Origin: Heterodontus francisci
Lineage: Eukaryota
Reading direction: 5' to 3'
Assembly: GCF_036365525.1 (NCBI RefSeq)
Contig: NC_090404.1
Coordinates: 6,944,001 to 7,008,000, forward strand
Length of the DNA stretch: 64,000 nt
Shown: positions 1 to 12,559 of the stretch, piece by piece
Position numbering within the stretch: position 1 is the stretch's first letter
Layout: each line of letters opens with the position of its first letter
Program-made: the position numbers and the translations under genes
The notes under the pieces: generated by a model
The model's input: the letters and a program-made list of their open reading frames with translations, nothing else
Databases searched by the model: none
Told to the model about the DNA's origin: nothing

Positions 1-169
1 AATTAATAACTAATGCAAACTGTTCTTACATTTTAACAGATGTCAAGCAGACACTAACTGGAATCTCCAGGAATTAGAACAAAGCACAGTGCTCTAAATG
101 TGATATAGCCAAAGCTCTACAAAAGATTATTATAGCTTTTGTGTTTTTCACAGTTTCCACAACACTAAC

Positions 170-466
170 CTGGAATTTCCTTGATCCAGACTGACTCTCC
201 GCGTCGAACCTCGCAGTAGATTTTGCTGCTTCCCACCTCTGATTCGGTGATGGTTAACTGGCTGCTCAGGGTGTAGGTTCCCTTCTTGTTCAGCACTGAT
301 GGGTAAGTCTTCAGTCCAGTGGTGATCGTCTCTTGATCTTTCTTCCAGGAAACGCTGGTGATTTGGGGGATGTAGTCCATCGCCAAACAGCCGTAGGCAA
401 CGGAGCCACCGGTGTTGGGTTGTTCACAGGAGCACAGACCATAAAGTGTTGGGGGAGACGGTGTCG
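170..466 (-). CDS. IGHM: IgM heavy chain CH1 exon, cluster A (open frame)
   Basis: Translates [16 protein letters not shown]...YGCLAMDY...VSWKK...[18 protein letters not shown], a C1-set domain with both Cys and the Trp. Acceptor cccag and donor GTTAG bound a 297-nt exon, the same size as the paralogous exon at 61724-62020. Confidence 0.96.
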
Positions 467-1204
467 CTGGGAAACAATGGCAGATTGAACAAGTTAGACT
501 CTGTGATTCTTGCTTATTAAGTAACCAGACACATCGGAATTTAACTCCAGCTAGAAACTGATTCCAATATTTTCCGATTAAAACCTTCAGCCGCATTTCA
601 GCTTCATTTAGATCCATCGTTTGGTGATAATCGCCTGTCGTTCCCCTGGTTAGGAAAACACCTCTCTTTCAGGACCTGTCACATTACAAAATTAAGAGCC
701 TTTTGAAGTCATCTCAATAAAGTACCCTCCATTGGACTGATCTGGAAGAGGAGATTCCCCACTATTTCAGCTAGTACTTATTTCTAAACCAACAGCACCT
801 TGCCAAAAAAAAAGCACTCGGCATTTATTAATTGCAGTTTTTGGAAATTTACTCTCTGCAAATTGACTGCTGGGTTTCCCCACCCCTCCACATACCACCA
901 CCACCCACCCCCCCCCACCCCTCCACCCCACGCCTACCCCCACCTCTCACCACCCCCAAATAGCGGCTACTCTTAAAAAGAGGCATCGCAATGTGTGCTT
1001 ATAAAACGAGTTTATAACCCGAAACTTGACTCCCAGGCAAAGTCCTTTCATTATTTCCCCATAAAAAAACCTACAACAAATCCTAGCATGTACATGACCC
1101 AGGATTATAAAATAATAGAAATGATAGCAGAGAAATAGGCCATTCGGTCCATCAAGCCTGTGAAAGATCACTCCAGCGATCCCGCTGACCTTCCAATTAC
1201 TAAT

Positions 1205-1371
1205 TTAAAGCAACATACTGCGGATGCTGGAAATCAGAAATAAAAACAAGAAATGCTGGAAATGCTCAGCAAGTCTGGCAGTATCTGTGGAGAGAGAAAC
1301 CGAGTTAACGTTTCAGGTCAGTGACCCTTCAACAGTGACCTGCTGAGTATTTCCAACATTTCTTGTTTTTA
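1205..1371. mobile_element. Short Penelope-derived fold-back insertion with target-site duplication
   Basis: Matches the element end at 33750-33875, has internal inverted repeats, is flanked by TTCCAATT(A/C)CTAAT and is absent from the paralog near 61030. Confidence 0.75.
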
Positions 1372-2374
1372 TTCCAATTCCTAATCTTCTTTTCTAAAGT
1401 TCCATTTTATCCAGCTATGTTGGATTCTGTTGACAGCTCTCTTTCTGATAGGACATCCCAGATCCTAACAACCCCCTGTGTAGAAAAGTAGATTCATACC
1501 CTCTTCCTTCATTCTTTTGACGCTGATTTTAAATCAGTGCCCTCTACAGTCCAACTCACTGATCTGGGCAAATTGGTTTCGAAGTTTCTGGATAAAACAT
1601 TCATTATTCAAAACACCTCTACATGACTTCATTTTAATCTTCTATGTTCCCACAACAATAAAGAACTTTAACAATAAATAGTTGAAGTCTCCTTTGAAAC
1701 ATGGACTGAATCATTTAGTACACAGATTTCAGAGGGGAATTTTTACACAACCTAGTTTCTGGAATTAAAATTTTAGATGACTCGGCATTGACTCTAGACT
1801 ATCAGTTTCCTTCTCAGTACTTGAAGATTGTGATTTGTGTTCTAGCTTTACTGAATGGATCTCTCCCGAGTTTGCTGCTCCCTCCAGCTCAATTAATAAT
1901 CCGAAATAAATCCGATTCCTAAATATCGGTCATCTGGAATGATGTTCTTGAAATGGTCCATTTAATTTTCCAAAGTATCTTCCCACCCCTCGCCAGTGAG
2001 AACTGGTGTTGCTGACTGTGTTGTTACAGACACATCTTCTTGTAGCTTGCACCGACCATAATGTGAACATCAGGAGAGGTTTCTTCTATAAATATCTGAT
2101 ATTCACATTACTTACACATTATACATCGAGTGAATATCAGTAAGTTCCAGGCAAGGGAGGACAAAAGTTCCTGAAGTGTTATTGCTGACATGGCCAACTC
2201 TCACTTCTGTTTTGTATGGACAATTCAAACACTTGAGGCTTATTGGTCAGATATTGAAAGCTCGCTCACCAAAAGGATGGAAAAGAGATTGTCGATGTTG
2301 GTGGCACAAAGGTTGGACAGATGGGCTCTCAAATGACATTAGATAACATTCCACATCAGACAACATTCAGAAAA

Positions 2375-2679
2375 TTTAGAAATACAGCACTGAAACAGGC
2401 CTTTCGGCCCACCGAGTCTGCGCCGACCAACAACCACCCATTTATACTAACCCTACAGTAATCCCATATTCCCTACCACCGACCTACACTAGGGGCAATT
2501 TACAATGGCCAATTTACCTATCAACCTATAAGTTTTTTGGCTTGTGGGAGGAAACCGGAGCACCCGGAGAAAACCCACAGGGAGAACTTGCAAACTCCAC
2601 ACAGGCAGAACCCAGAATCGAACCCGGGTCCCTGGAGCTGTGAGGCTGCGGTGCTAACCACTGCGCCACTGTGCCGCCC
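2375..2679 (-). mobile_element. tRNA-derived V-SINE (HE1-like)
   Basis: Head GGGCGGCACAGTGGCGCAGTGGTTAGC with box B GGTTCGATTC; CR1-like tail GGGCCGAAAGGCCTG. Confidence 0.85.
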
Positions 2680-2699
2680 ATTTGGGGAGCAGAATTTCG

Positions 2700-3290
2700 A
2701 AGTTCGAGAATTATACGAAACAAATTGTGAGCAGGATAGCAACAGAGTTCAGGAGGACATAGACAGACTGGTGAAATATTCAGAGACAGAGCAGATGCAA
2801 TTTAATGCGGTTAAATGTGAAGTGCTGGACATTGAGGAACAACGGGGAAAGCTAATGCAATGTAAGTGGTACTATTTTGAAGGGGGTAGAACGGTAGAGG
2901 GGCCTGAGGTGCATATTCACAATGTTTTGAAGATGGTTAAGAAAGCAAATAGAACACTTGGTCTTGTAAAATGGATTATTGAATACAAACAAGGAAGTCA
3001 TGTTAAAGCTTTGCAAGTCACTGATTAGGCTGGAGTATTTTTTGCACAATTCTGGCCATCACACTTTCGGAAGAAGGTCACGGCTTTGGGGAGAGTGCAG
3101 AGGGAGTTTACCAGGATGATGTCAGGAATGAAGGAGTTCAGTTATGTGGAGAGATTATACAAGTTGAAATGTTCTCCTTCGCTGGATACTGAATAGGCAT
3201 GTTCAAAATTATGGGATGTCTTGATGTTGCAGATAAGGAGAAACTGTTTCCTCTGGCAAGTGGGTCAGTGGTAAAATAAATAATTGGCAA
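2700..3290 (+). mobile_element. Degraded CR1-type LINE RT fragment
   Basis: QEDIDRL...QMQFNAVKCEVL; downstream QFW and RVQR-type remnants. Confidence 0.8.
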
Positions 3291-4299
3291 CAAAATGGAG
3301 TGTGGGCGGGGTGGTGGCTGCAGAAGGAGGTCTCTTTCCTGACAGAAGGTGATTTTCACAGAAGCATAGAACGGTTACAGCACAAAGGGAGACCATTCAA
3401 CCCATCGTGTCGATGCATGCTCTCTGTAAGCGCATCTGGAATGCACAAGGCACCAGGACATGTCCTAGAAGGAGACTACATTTCATGGTTATGAGGGGGG
3501 AAATGGCTTGTAGGATTAAATTGGAGAGCTCTTTCAGAGCTAACACAGGCATGGCGGGCTGAATGGCCACATTACCTACGAGAAGATTCTGTGATCCTAC
3601 CCGACTCAGTCGAGTTAGTTCTTCCAAATTCAATGGGAGGAAAGGCTTCATAAATTTGAACATCTCTGACATTTGTTTCTATTGCTTATTATAATGAAAG
3701 AGGATTTTTAAAATAAGAGGATCTGAAAGATTTAATAGAAGTGAGTCAATCAGATACCGTCGGAGACTTAAAGTTTATTGTGATTGACATTGATTGCAGG
3801 CTAACTGTATCACTTCAAAAGTTACACAGAAGCTTACTTCAGTGGCTTTGTGCCCTCTGCTGTGACCCAGTCCAATAACTGCATCTCAGAGTTTATCACT
3901 GCCTGTTATCTTTTGAAAATACTTGAACGAAATACTGGTTTTAAACATGAGATTATCATGATGGTTATTTGGAGCAGGAGTCTCGACTTTTCTCCATTTA
4001 AATCGCCAAAAGGTCTTCCAGCCTCATCAGATCAGAACAGGTGCTGTTCTCTGGAATGTTTACAGTCACTTCCTGCAACTGTTTGTTCTGAAAGCGCTCT
4101 CAAAATCAGACCAATTTCATTCAATAATTATCTGATGCTTAACATTTTTAAATATTATTAATTCATTAAAATTTGGCCATGAAAGAATATTAATACCAAT
4201 TAATATGCGTTGTTTAATCTGGGCAATGGAACGATTTATTTTTATATATCTGGGTCAAGAACTCACAAGTTCTAAGTTAGATGCAGATTAAGGATGCTT

Positions 4300-4700
4300 G
4301 GAACACTGGGGAAAACACTCTCAGGTCAGGTACAGGAAAGATAAGCGATCGAGTAAAGACCCCCTTGTACGGCCCTGTCATGAGCTGTAAGGTCAGACAT
4401 CGCAAGTGTTATATTCGGAGGAAAGCCGCCTCTACACTACACTGTCGCTCTGGGTCAGGTACAGCACTAGTTTAATATTTAAAACAAATAGTTCCCTCTA
4501 CGCTGTCCCATCAAATACATCCAGGACAGGTTGAACCAGGTTTAGGTACAGAGTAATTTCTCCCTCTACCCTTGCCTCATCAAACGGATCCAGGATAGTT
4601 ACAGTATGCATTAAGTATGCAGTAAAGCTTCCCCTACATTGCCGAATCAAACACTCCCAAGGGAGGTACATTGCTGATTACAAACTGACCAAATATCCTT
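4300..4700 (+). repeat. Degenerate ~70-bp tandem repeat in the J-C intron (paralog ~59320-59620)
   Basis: Recurring CCCTCTAC..TGTCCCATCAAAC..CCAGGACAGGTACAG..TTAG.TACAGAGTAAAG units. Confidence 0.6.
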
Positions 4701-5143
4701 CTACAGTCTGTCTGTCGTGTCTCTGAAGTGTTATTTCTGATTGTCACAGACTGGAATACTGATCTCATTGCTGAGGCGCCTCATCAAACTTAAAGTCAAA
4801 ACTTTAGGTTTCTCACAGATACAAGCTTCTTAAATAAATGGATCAAGTTGCAGGAGAACGAATCAGACTGTTTACCACCTGTAGGGAGGGCTCCTCGTCC
4901 CGACACAGTAAGCAGGCGCACAGAAACTGAACAGGCACAAACGATGCAACAATCGGGCTCTCAGCAGATAGATCTGTTCAATCTGTCAATTTCAATGAAG
5001 CTGTTTGATTCTAATTTATCAATTGTCAAATTGTGACCATTCCAAGTCTGTAAGCTCTTTGAAATTAAACTGATAGTCATTTCCAAAACTCCCTTCGACC
5101 TCCAAATGTTTCTCCCTGTCTGTTTGCAATCTTAAAAACGTGT

Positions 5144-6050
5144 ATGAAAATTCTGAAGGAGAGAATCTATCTCCACTTGGCGAGGCAAAATTTGATTAGG
5201 TTATGGTCAGCATGGCGATGTCAAATGGAATTTAACGCTGAAAAGTGTGAGGTGATACACTTTGGAAGGAATAATGTGATACGGAAGTATTCAATGAATG
5301 ACCTGACACTGGGAAGTTCTGAGGAATAAAGGGACCTTGGCGTGTTTGTCCATAGAACTCTGAAGGAAGAAGGGCAGGTTAATAGGGTGGTGAAAAAGGC
5401 ATATGGGACACTTGCCTTTCTCAATCGAGGCATAGATTACAAAAGCAGAGAGGACATGTTGGAGTTGTACAGAACTTTGGTCAGGCCACACTGGAGTACT
5501 GTGTGCAATTCTGGTCGCCACATTATAGGAAGGATGTGATTGCACTGGAGGGGGTGCAGAGGCGATTCACCAGGATGTTGCCTGGGATAGAACATTTAAG
5601 CTATGGAGAGAGGTTGGATCGGCTTGGGTTGTTTTCGCTGGAGCAGAGAAGACTGAGGGGTGACCTGATCGAGGTGTACAAGATTATGAGGGGCATGGAC
5701 AGGGTGTGAAGGGAGCATCTGTTACCCTTAGTTGAAGGGTCCATTACAAGGGGACAGTAGTTTAAGGTGAGGGGTGGGAGGTTTAAGGGGGATCTGAGGA
5801 AGAACTTACTTTTTTACCCAGAGGATGGTGACGTTCTGGAAGGCCACTGCCTGGGTGGGTTGTCGAGGCCGGTTGCCTCACATCCTTTAAAAAGTACCTG
5901 GATGAGCATTTGGCACGTCACAACATTCAAGGCGATGGGCCACGTGCTGGCAAATGGGATTAGGTAGACAAATCAAGTGCCATTAATGCATCAGTGCAGA
6001 CTCAATGGGCCGAATGGCCTCTTCTGCACTGTATTATTCTGTGATTCTGT
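5144..6050 (+). mobile_element. CR1-type LINE 3' fragment, specific to cluster A
   Basis: QMEFNAEKCEVIHFGR, QFWSPHY, (ATTCTGTG)n tail; empty site in the paralog at ~58840. Confidence 0.9.
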
Positions 6051-9021
6051 GAGAAAGTTTCCCTTAAAATGAGTACACCAAAACAATCCACATTCAGGAA
6101 ACTTTGATGTCGGTGACAGGAACTCAGTGACAGATAAAGAATTTAGCAAATCAGGAGACATTTAATTGCAAACAGATTACCCACTGGTTTGATACAATTT
6201 CAGAACTAAATGTTATCAAAAAAGCATTGAAGCAATACACAAAGTTAATTAAAATCAGCGGTGAAACCTTATCGAGCTGAGAACAGCTGAGTAAGAAATG
6301 TGTTGTTCTCTAAATTATTTTTGGACATCATTCAAAATTCTCTCCGGCCCTTGCTATTTTGCACTCATTGGACTCCTGGGAGGTCATTTATGTTTACTGA
6401 ATTAGCGCTATTATATTCTAGGTTAATATTTAGGTTACCTGATTTTACACTGTAATTTTGAGCATTAGTTAATATTAATTCAAGACCAATTTCTGTGAAA
6501 TTATCGGATTTTAATTAAATTAATATGACATTTAATCAATATTAAATAATAGACGTCATATTGATCGATGAAAACATTCAGACAAATATATTACTTAATC
6601 GAATCACAGTTCAATAATTTAAAATGAACAATAATTTCTACTTCGGCCCTGCTTTCAATCTACAAACTTGGAAACTGCGCATGTATCTGAATGTGTTGAT
6701 ATATCATAAACTCTGTCTAATCTCAGCGAGTATTTCACACGATGGATTTAAGAGTGGAATATTTTAAATAGTTTCAAGCCAGGCCAGGGTCACATCTCAC
6801 TAACTGTTCATGGGCTGTAACATCCCCTGTTTGTGAAAGCAGGACTCTGGTGTTTAAATATTGTCATAAATCTTAACCATCTAAGAAAAAAATCAAAAAC
6901 ATCCGGACAGTTTGCGATCAGGAACTGTGCTGCCTCTATTTAATCAGACAATGTTTTTATACTTTATTCTCGTAATGCACACAATCCCCGTAAATTAATT
7001 GGTAAATATATTCTGTTTTTTTTTATTGAAAGAAGCTCCAAAATGATCACTGTAAAATTGGACAGAGAATAATTCTTCCAGATCATCTGCGACATTTCAA
7101 ACTTAATGAACAAATGTAACCCAGATTTTGCTGATCAATTTAATATTTCATAAGAATTAAGCATAACTCTCAGGTATAATCTGTTCTTTGTCTATAATTC
7201 TATCCTGTGTGCAGCATACCGATGGGAGACAGGATTTTGTTACTGAATTAAAAACTAACATTAACCTTTTGTAATTAATTGAATCTGCTTGAATTTCAAG
7301 GGGTTATTTGTTTGCCTCCAGCCTTACGCAGTTTGCAAGTTTCTTCAATTTAAACAAAATCATATCTGCAATACTTTGACTGCCAGCAACTTCCTGTCTC
7401 AGGAAAATTGTTAATATTAGATTAGTGATAATTATCTCACTATCCAACAACAAATGACATTTAAGGAAGAACATGGTTTGGGCTGCACGCAAAGAATGTA
7501 ATAACCGGACAGATATATTACACTGACAAACTGCAATTTACAACTCCTATTGAAGTTAGAAGTCAAGACAAGCTGTAATTCACTTGTTTTAATCAGAAAT
7601 ATAACAATTAATTCAAAATCGTTCATCAAACTGAACACAGCACTAGAATAAGTACACTCTTATTGAAATAATTTCAAGCATAAATTAAAATTGTCTCCAG
7701 CCCATAACATTTCTGGTCACGATAATTGTGCACATGGCACCCCAGAACTGTGAAAGTCGATTAATGAATAATGAATCGATGTTAATATTAAAGCATATTT
7801 GGTTTATCTGATGAGATATTGCCGCATTAAAACTGTTTGAATTACATTAACTTTACTCTCCAATCTGCAAACCTTCTAATTATGCAGTTTGTAATTGCAG
7901 TAACATTTAACGGACTTTCACGTCACAAACCATGGCTTAATAGTTTAACCTGTAATTATCAGTTAAATTTTTAAAATGCCATGAAATATCTTAAAATATT
8001 ATTTCTCATTTCTTTCAAACAGTTTTAAACACATAGAACGTTTCAATTCGATCAGAAAACCTGCAGCCGCTCGCTCGAGATTAAACAATGTAGAAACACC
8101 AAACTGTTTCACAAATTTTACTTATTCAAAGTAACACACTCTCTTCAACAGATGAACACCAAATCACATCACTGAGGAACTGAATCCCGCCACAGTACAT
8201 TTCATGGAGAAGCAGCTTAATTCTACAAATAATACCAGCAGAATGAAATGCAATATTGCAAAAAAAAAATCTCAATGCAGAATCCACCGAGCTCGCCTAT
8301 ACCTGAACTAACTAATTATTAAAATGATCAGATATTTGAAACAATGGTCGCAGAATTGTTAGTAGACAGAACATGTTTAATAAATTATTATGAGCCAATG
8401 GCATAATCCATTGATATTGGCTGATATCACTGCATTATAATAACGAAGATTATATTAATTTAAATCTGACCAAAGCTGCAAGTTTGTGATTTATGAAGCT
8501 TTTAATTACATCAACATTTATTGTACTACATGTGAGCATTCCTGAGCAGTAGATTGACAGATGGCAATTTAATTACCACAAATATGAATCAAAATATTGT
8601 AAGACTATTCTTAACCATTGAAGCTTTCTGCCTATACTTTTATTTCAAACATATTTAAACACTTATTGTTTGCGCTAGACTAGAAAACCTGCAGCGACTA
8701 AATGTCAGCAAGATGATCAGCAGAAATGTCGAACAGTTTAACAACAGTTCGGTATTTAAAGTAGCCCAGACACACCGTCTCATCAACAAATTAACACCAA
8801 ATCACATCAAACAGTAACTGAATCCTTCAACAGCACAGCCTGTGGAGAAGCCGTTAAATTCTCTCATCCCTTTGCAGCAAAATCACATGAAATATTGCAC
8901 CAAATCTCAATACGGAATCCACCGAGTCCACATTTCAGTGAACTAAGGTATCGTTAAAATAAATAGAAATAGAAATAAAAACACAAATAAAACAGTTACT
9001 GAATAAATGAATGTTTCTTAC

Positions 9022-9069
9022 CTGCAGTCACAGTCACCATGGTCCCTTGTCCCCAGTAGTCCATTGCGT
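9022..9069 (-). other. IGHJ: JH segment, cluster A (AMDYWGQGTMVTVTA)
   Basis: WGQG motif, GTAAG donor, 23-RSS directly upstream. Confidence 0.97.
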
Positions 9070-9108
9070 CACAGTGTTACATTCCCTGGGCTGGGTCACA
9101 CAATAACT
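9070..9108 (+). other. J 23-bp-spacer RSS, cluster A
   Basis: CACAGTG (9070-9076) + 23 nt + ACAATAACT (9100-9108). Confidence 0.95.
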
Positions 9109-9434
9109 GGCTCTGCACAGAATAGAGAGAAATCCATCATTATTTTAAATATCCACAGCCCAGAGGCAAAATAAAATCTTGATGATTCTTTGTAAAATTA
9201 TAACTGCGTTAATGATTCTTTTCACTCTTTATAATTTTCCCTGATGTTTTATATTTCACACAGTAACATATCAGCAATTATTGAAATCACCAACTGATGA
9301 ATGAATAATTAATCCGTTTATCCATAATAAACCGTGCTAGGAGGACAGTGCTGCACACAAATAGAACTTCACTGTATATATCGTTGGATTGTTAAAGCGA
9401 GCACTGACCCAGACTCATCAATTAGTGCTGAGGG

Positions 9435-9503
9435 AGTTTTTGTATTGACAGTAACTGCTGTGCCACCCAGTATATCACAGTGAACCACATTGTGTAAAAT
9501 ACT
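9435..9503 (-). other. IGHD: D2 segment (ATATACTGGGTGG, 9463-9475) with 12/12 RSS, cluster A
   Basis: 3' RSS CACAGCA-12-ACAAAAACT (9435-9462). 5' RSS CACAGTG-12-TAAAATACT (9476-9503, degenerate nonamer). Confidence 0.93.
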
Positions 9504-9816
9504 GCGGTGGACTGTTAACTGCAAAATACAGAGATTAAATTCCACAGCGTCCTCAAAAACCTGATTCCGACTCCCCTCCGAGTATATCAGTAAGATAATT
9601 CAGTTTATACCCGTCATTATATTTATAAAGGGGATTTGAATACTTTTGAAGCTTCTGTACTGATTTAGCGTGACAGTCAGCACTAATTACGCAGGAGACT
9701 TTTATACATTTTTACAAATCTATATTATATTTCCCCAGTATTTTTATTTAACCCTCATTCTTTACGGACCATCTACCGTGTTAAGTGATCACTGGTTTGT
9801 GCAAACTCCCTTATGG

Positions 9817-9897
9817 GGTTTTTGTATGAGGAATTCGCTCTGTACAGCACCGTGACCCACTGCTGTACCCACAGTGACACGAACCTGCACAAATACT
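9817..9897 (-). other. IGHD: D1 segment (GGTACAGCAGTGGGT, 9855-9869) with 12/22 RSS, cluster A
   Basis: 5' RSS CACAGTG-12-ACAAATACT (9870-9897). 3' RSS CACGGTG-22-ACAAAAACC (9817-9854). Confidence 0.95.
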
Positions 9898-10281
9898 GCA
9901 CTCACTCTCTGTTCAGTACTGCCTCTCACCATTCACTTCATATAGAAATCCACTTCTGATCTAGTTCGGAATATATCCAAAAGTTTACACCACGCAGTAG
10001 GAAGTGACTCCAAGTAACTCGCTCCAGGTCTCAGTCACCTTAAAACTAGCATCTTATCCAGATCTGCAATTGCCGATACTGTTAACATTAAAAATCAGCA
10101 CAGCCAAAATTACTCATCAGTACTTCGATCAGTGTCTTAGATTTGAACCATTGAATTTTCACTGTGCTAGTTGTGTAAGAGACGGTCTCTGGTCTGTTTC
10201 TGAACACTGCCGTTAATATTGTATTTCATACAATTACTGACCGTTACATTATGATGGAAGTGGTTGAATTCCCTCTCCATG

Positions 10282-10320
10282 TGTTATTGTACGGGTCCTG
10301 CCCTGGTTCTTCTCATTGTG
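10282..10320 (-). other. V 23-bp-spacer RSS, cluster A
   Basis: CACAATG + 23 nt + ACAATAACA immediately after ...TGTGCCAGAGAT. Confidence 0.93.
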
Positions 10321-10625
10321 ATCTCTGGCACAGTAATAAATGGCGGTGTCTTCGGTCTTCAGTTTCTTCATGTCCAAAGCGAAGATGTTTTTTGAAGTGT
10401 CTTTGGACGCAGTAAATCGATCTTTAATCTCTGGGGCGTAAGCATTGTTAGATGAACTATAGTAGCTAACCAGCCACTCCAGCCCCTGTCCGGGAACCTG
10501 TCGGATCCAGTACATCCTGTAGCTGCTAAGAGTGAACCCGCTGGTTTTACAGGTCAGTCTCAGGGAGCCTCCTGGTTTCCCGGTCTCTGCCTCTGACTGA
10601 GTCAACACGACATCCGAATGGACAC
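10321..10625 (-). CDS. IGHV: VH exon, cluster A (unrearranged, open frame)
   Basis: tttttacag acceptor; [49 protein letters not shown]...[11 protein letters not shown]. Confidence 0.97.
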
Positions 10626-10731
10626 CTGTAAAAAATATTTAAAAACCCGAGGATTAACCCTGGTGAAATTATTCCTGACTCTGTAACATTCCAGAGAGAG
10701 ACTAACACTGAGACGGTAACAGTCTACTCAC

Positions 10732-10777
10732 GGGATAAGAAAACCAGCAACAGACTGAGAGAAATCGCCGACCTCAT
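10732..10777 (-). CDS. IGHV: VH leader exon, cluster A (MRSAISLSLLLVFLS)
   Basis: 46-nt phase-1 exon with GTGAG donor; splices in frame to the V exon ([10 protein letters not shown]). Confidence 0.95.
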
Positions 10778-10868
10778 CCTTCTGGCAATTCAGGGAAAAT
10801 GGTTCTGGTAAGAACTCACTGAACAAATCCACTCCCGGACTGTTGTATTGTGGTCCCAGTGACCGGCA

Positions 10869-10970
10869 TTTAAATACCCGGCAGAAGGGGGCGAGGTTAT
10901 AGGCGCCGCCTATTGATTCCCTGAGAGAGGCGGTTACTGGATCCACGTCCCACCTTCCACATCACTAACA
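10869..10970 (-). promoter_or_regulatory. VH promoter, cluster A (TATA-like TATTTAAA at 10869-10876, GC-rich upstream block)
   Basis: About 95 nt upstream of the ATG and conserved with 54698-54795. No exact ATGCAAAT/ATTTGCAT octamer seen by eye. Confidence 0.65.
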
Positions 10971-12559
10971 GAATGGACTCATATCATGACACTGGGATAT
11001 TATTAAATGTGAACTTTTTATCTGCATCCAGGGATAGCGATTTGACTTTATGGTTTTAATGCTGTATTACGTGGTAGTAAATGGAGATATTGCAGTTGAG
11101 TATGTGTTCAGTAATAAATAATTGCATTGTGGACTGTAAATTAGATCTCTTTATTTCCTCAACTCTTCACAGGGGATGTGAATCTCTCAGGTTAAATTAC
11201 ATTACCAGGGTCTAAAGTGACTGTTAATGTGTGTCAATCCATCTCTCTATATCTATCCCTTCAGTCTATACCAATAATTTGTTAGCAATTTATGCAACTG
11301 AATGCGGGATATTAGTAAAGTGATTCTATTTGCAATGTGAATAACTGTAGTTACACGATTTAAGACCAGAGTGATTAGAAACGCCTAACATTATAAAAGT
11401 ATATCTCTCTCTCTGTATTTCTCGAATTGCTCCTGACTCTGTGACTCTCAGACAGCCCTTTGAAAATTGGCTGGAAAGGAAGTCCGCTTGCTTGATAATT
11501 AAGGAGTCAGAAGTAAAATTCAGATTATTTTTCGAAAAAGGGAATCCAGTGAATGAGAACCGAAACGGCGATCAACAAATCTACTCTCCGGCACACAAAT
11601 CATTGCAGCTAACTTTAATAGCAACAGTGCAATATACACTGGTTTCAGGAGCACAGTGAATCAGGAATTCACGCCATACTACAGAATATCACAAGAATAA
11701 ACGTTTTATCAACTGTGGAAACGAATCGCAAACTGAGCATTTCTCTCCCCATTGTCTGTCTCATGTCTGGCTATGAGAGGGCTTGTTAAACAATCCAAAT
11801 CATCATAAATTAAACTGTACATTACGCAACTGTTATCAGTAATGGAGGAGTCTTTATTTGTTTGTGATTGACAGCTCTGTGAGAAAATTCAAGGAAATGC
11901 AGCGGATTCAAGGCAATTCCACCTATTTATTTATTTACTTTGCGGTTCCCAATCTCTCAATACGGAATGTCGGGTCATTAAAATCTCTCTCTGGAACTTC
12001 ATGCAATACGGAATAAATGGTCTTAATTATCTAGAATTATATTTAATTGTCGCGTGGGTCACTTTATTATTTTGAACTCCCATTTTATCATGATCTGAGC
12101 ACTAAATTTACAGAAAATCGTTCTTTTGATGTGATGCCACGTAAAATGCTTTCTTTTTTTGCAAGGGCGCCGCTGTATAAGTTAATGTTTAAATGGTTAA
12201 ATCACATATTTTCCCATTCATATTCACGCTAATCTGCCCTCACAGTATTTGGCAGCAATCCAGTCAGGGAGGCTCGAACACCCAATGTTATTTACAGGAA
12301 GCATCTGTGGGTTCTGTGCAGTAAATCAAAGAACTGTTTCCTCATTACTAACGGCTTGGCTGCAAGCCAACTTCAAATCCTTAACATCGTCAATGAAGCC
12401 TATTCATAAACAAATCTACCCAGCAACAACACTGGAGTCAATTATATTTTTTCAGTTGTGGAACTATGTGAACTGTTCCCATCTCAGAAAAGGAAATGAA
12501 TCCAGTGTCACAGCCACCCCGTTAGTAAAAACAGTCCACTGGGGAACCTGTCCAGCACA

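Noticed and set aside
165-617. 150-aa ORF as a standalone gene (likewise 10728-10946 and 54718-54936)
   Set aside because: The first is intron read-through into the CH1 exon; the others overlap the leader exon out of frame.
2600-2679. tRNA gene
   Set aside because: The A/B boxes continue into a SINE body and tail, and several copies occur in the window.
11326-11335. Ig octamer upstream of VH (ATTTGCAA; also GTTTGCAT near 54598)
   Set aside because: One-mismatch hits that are not conserved as octamers between the two promoters; shark VH promoters are reported to lack the octamer.
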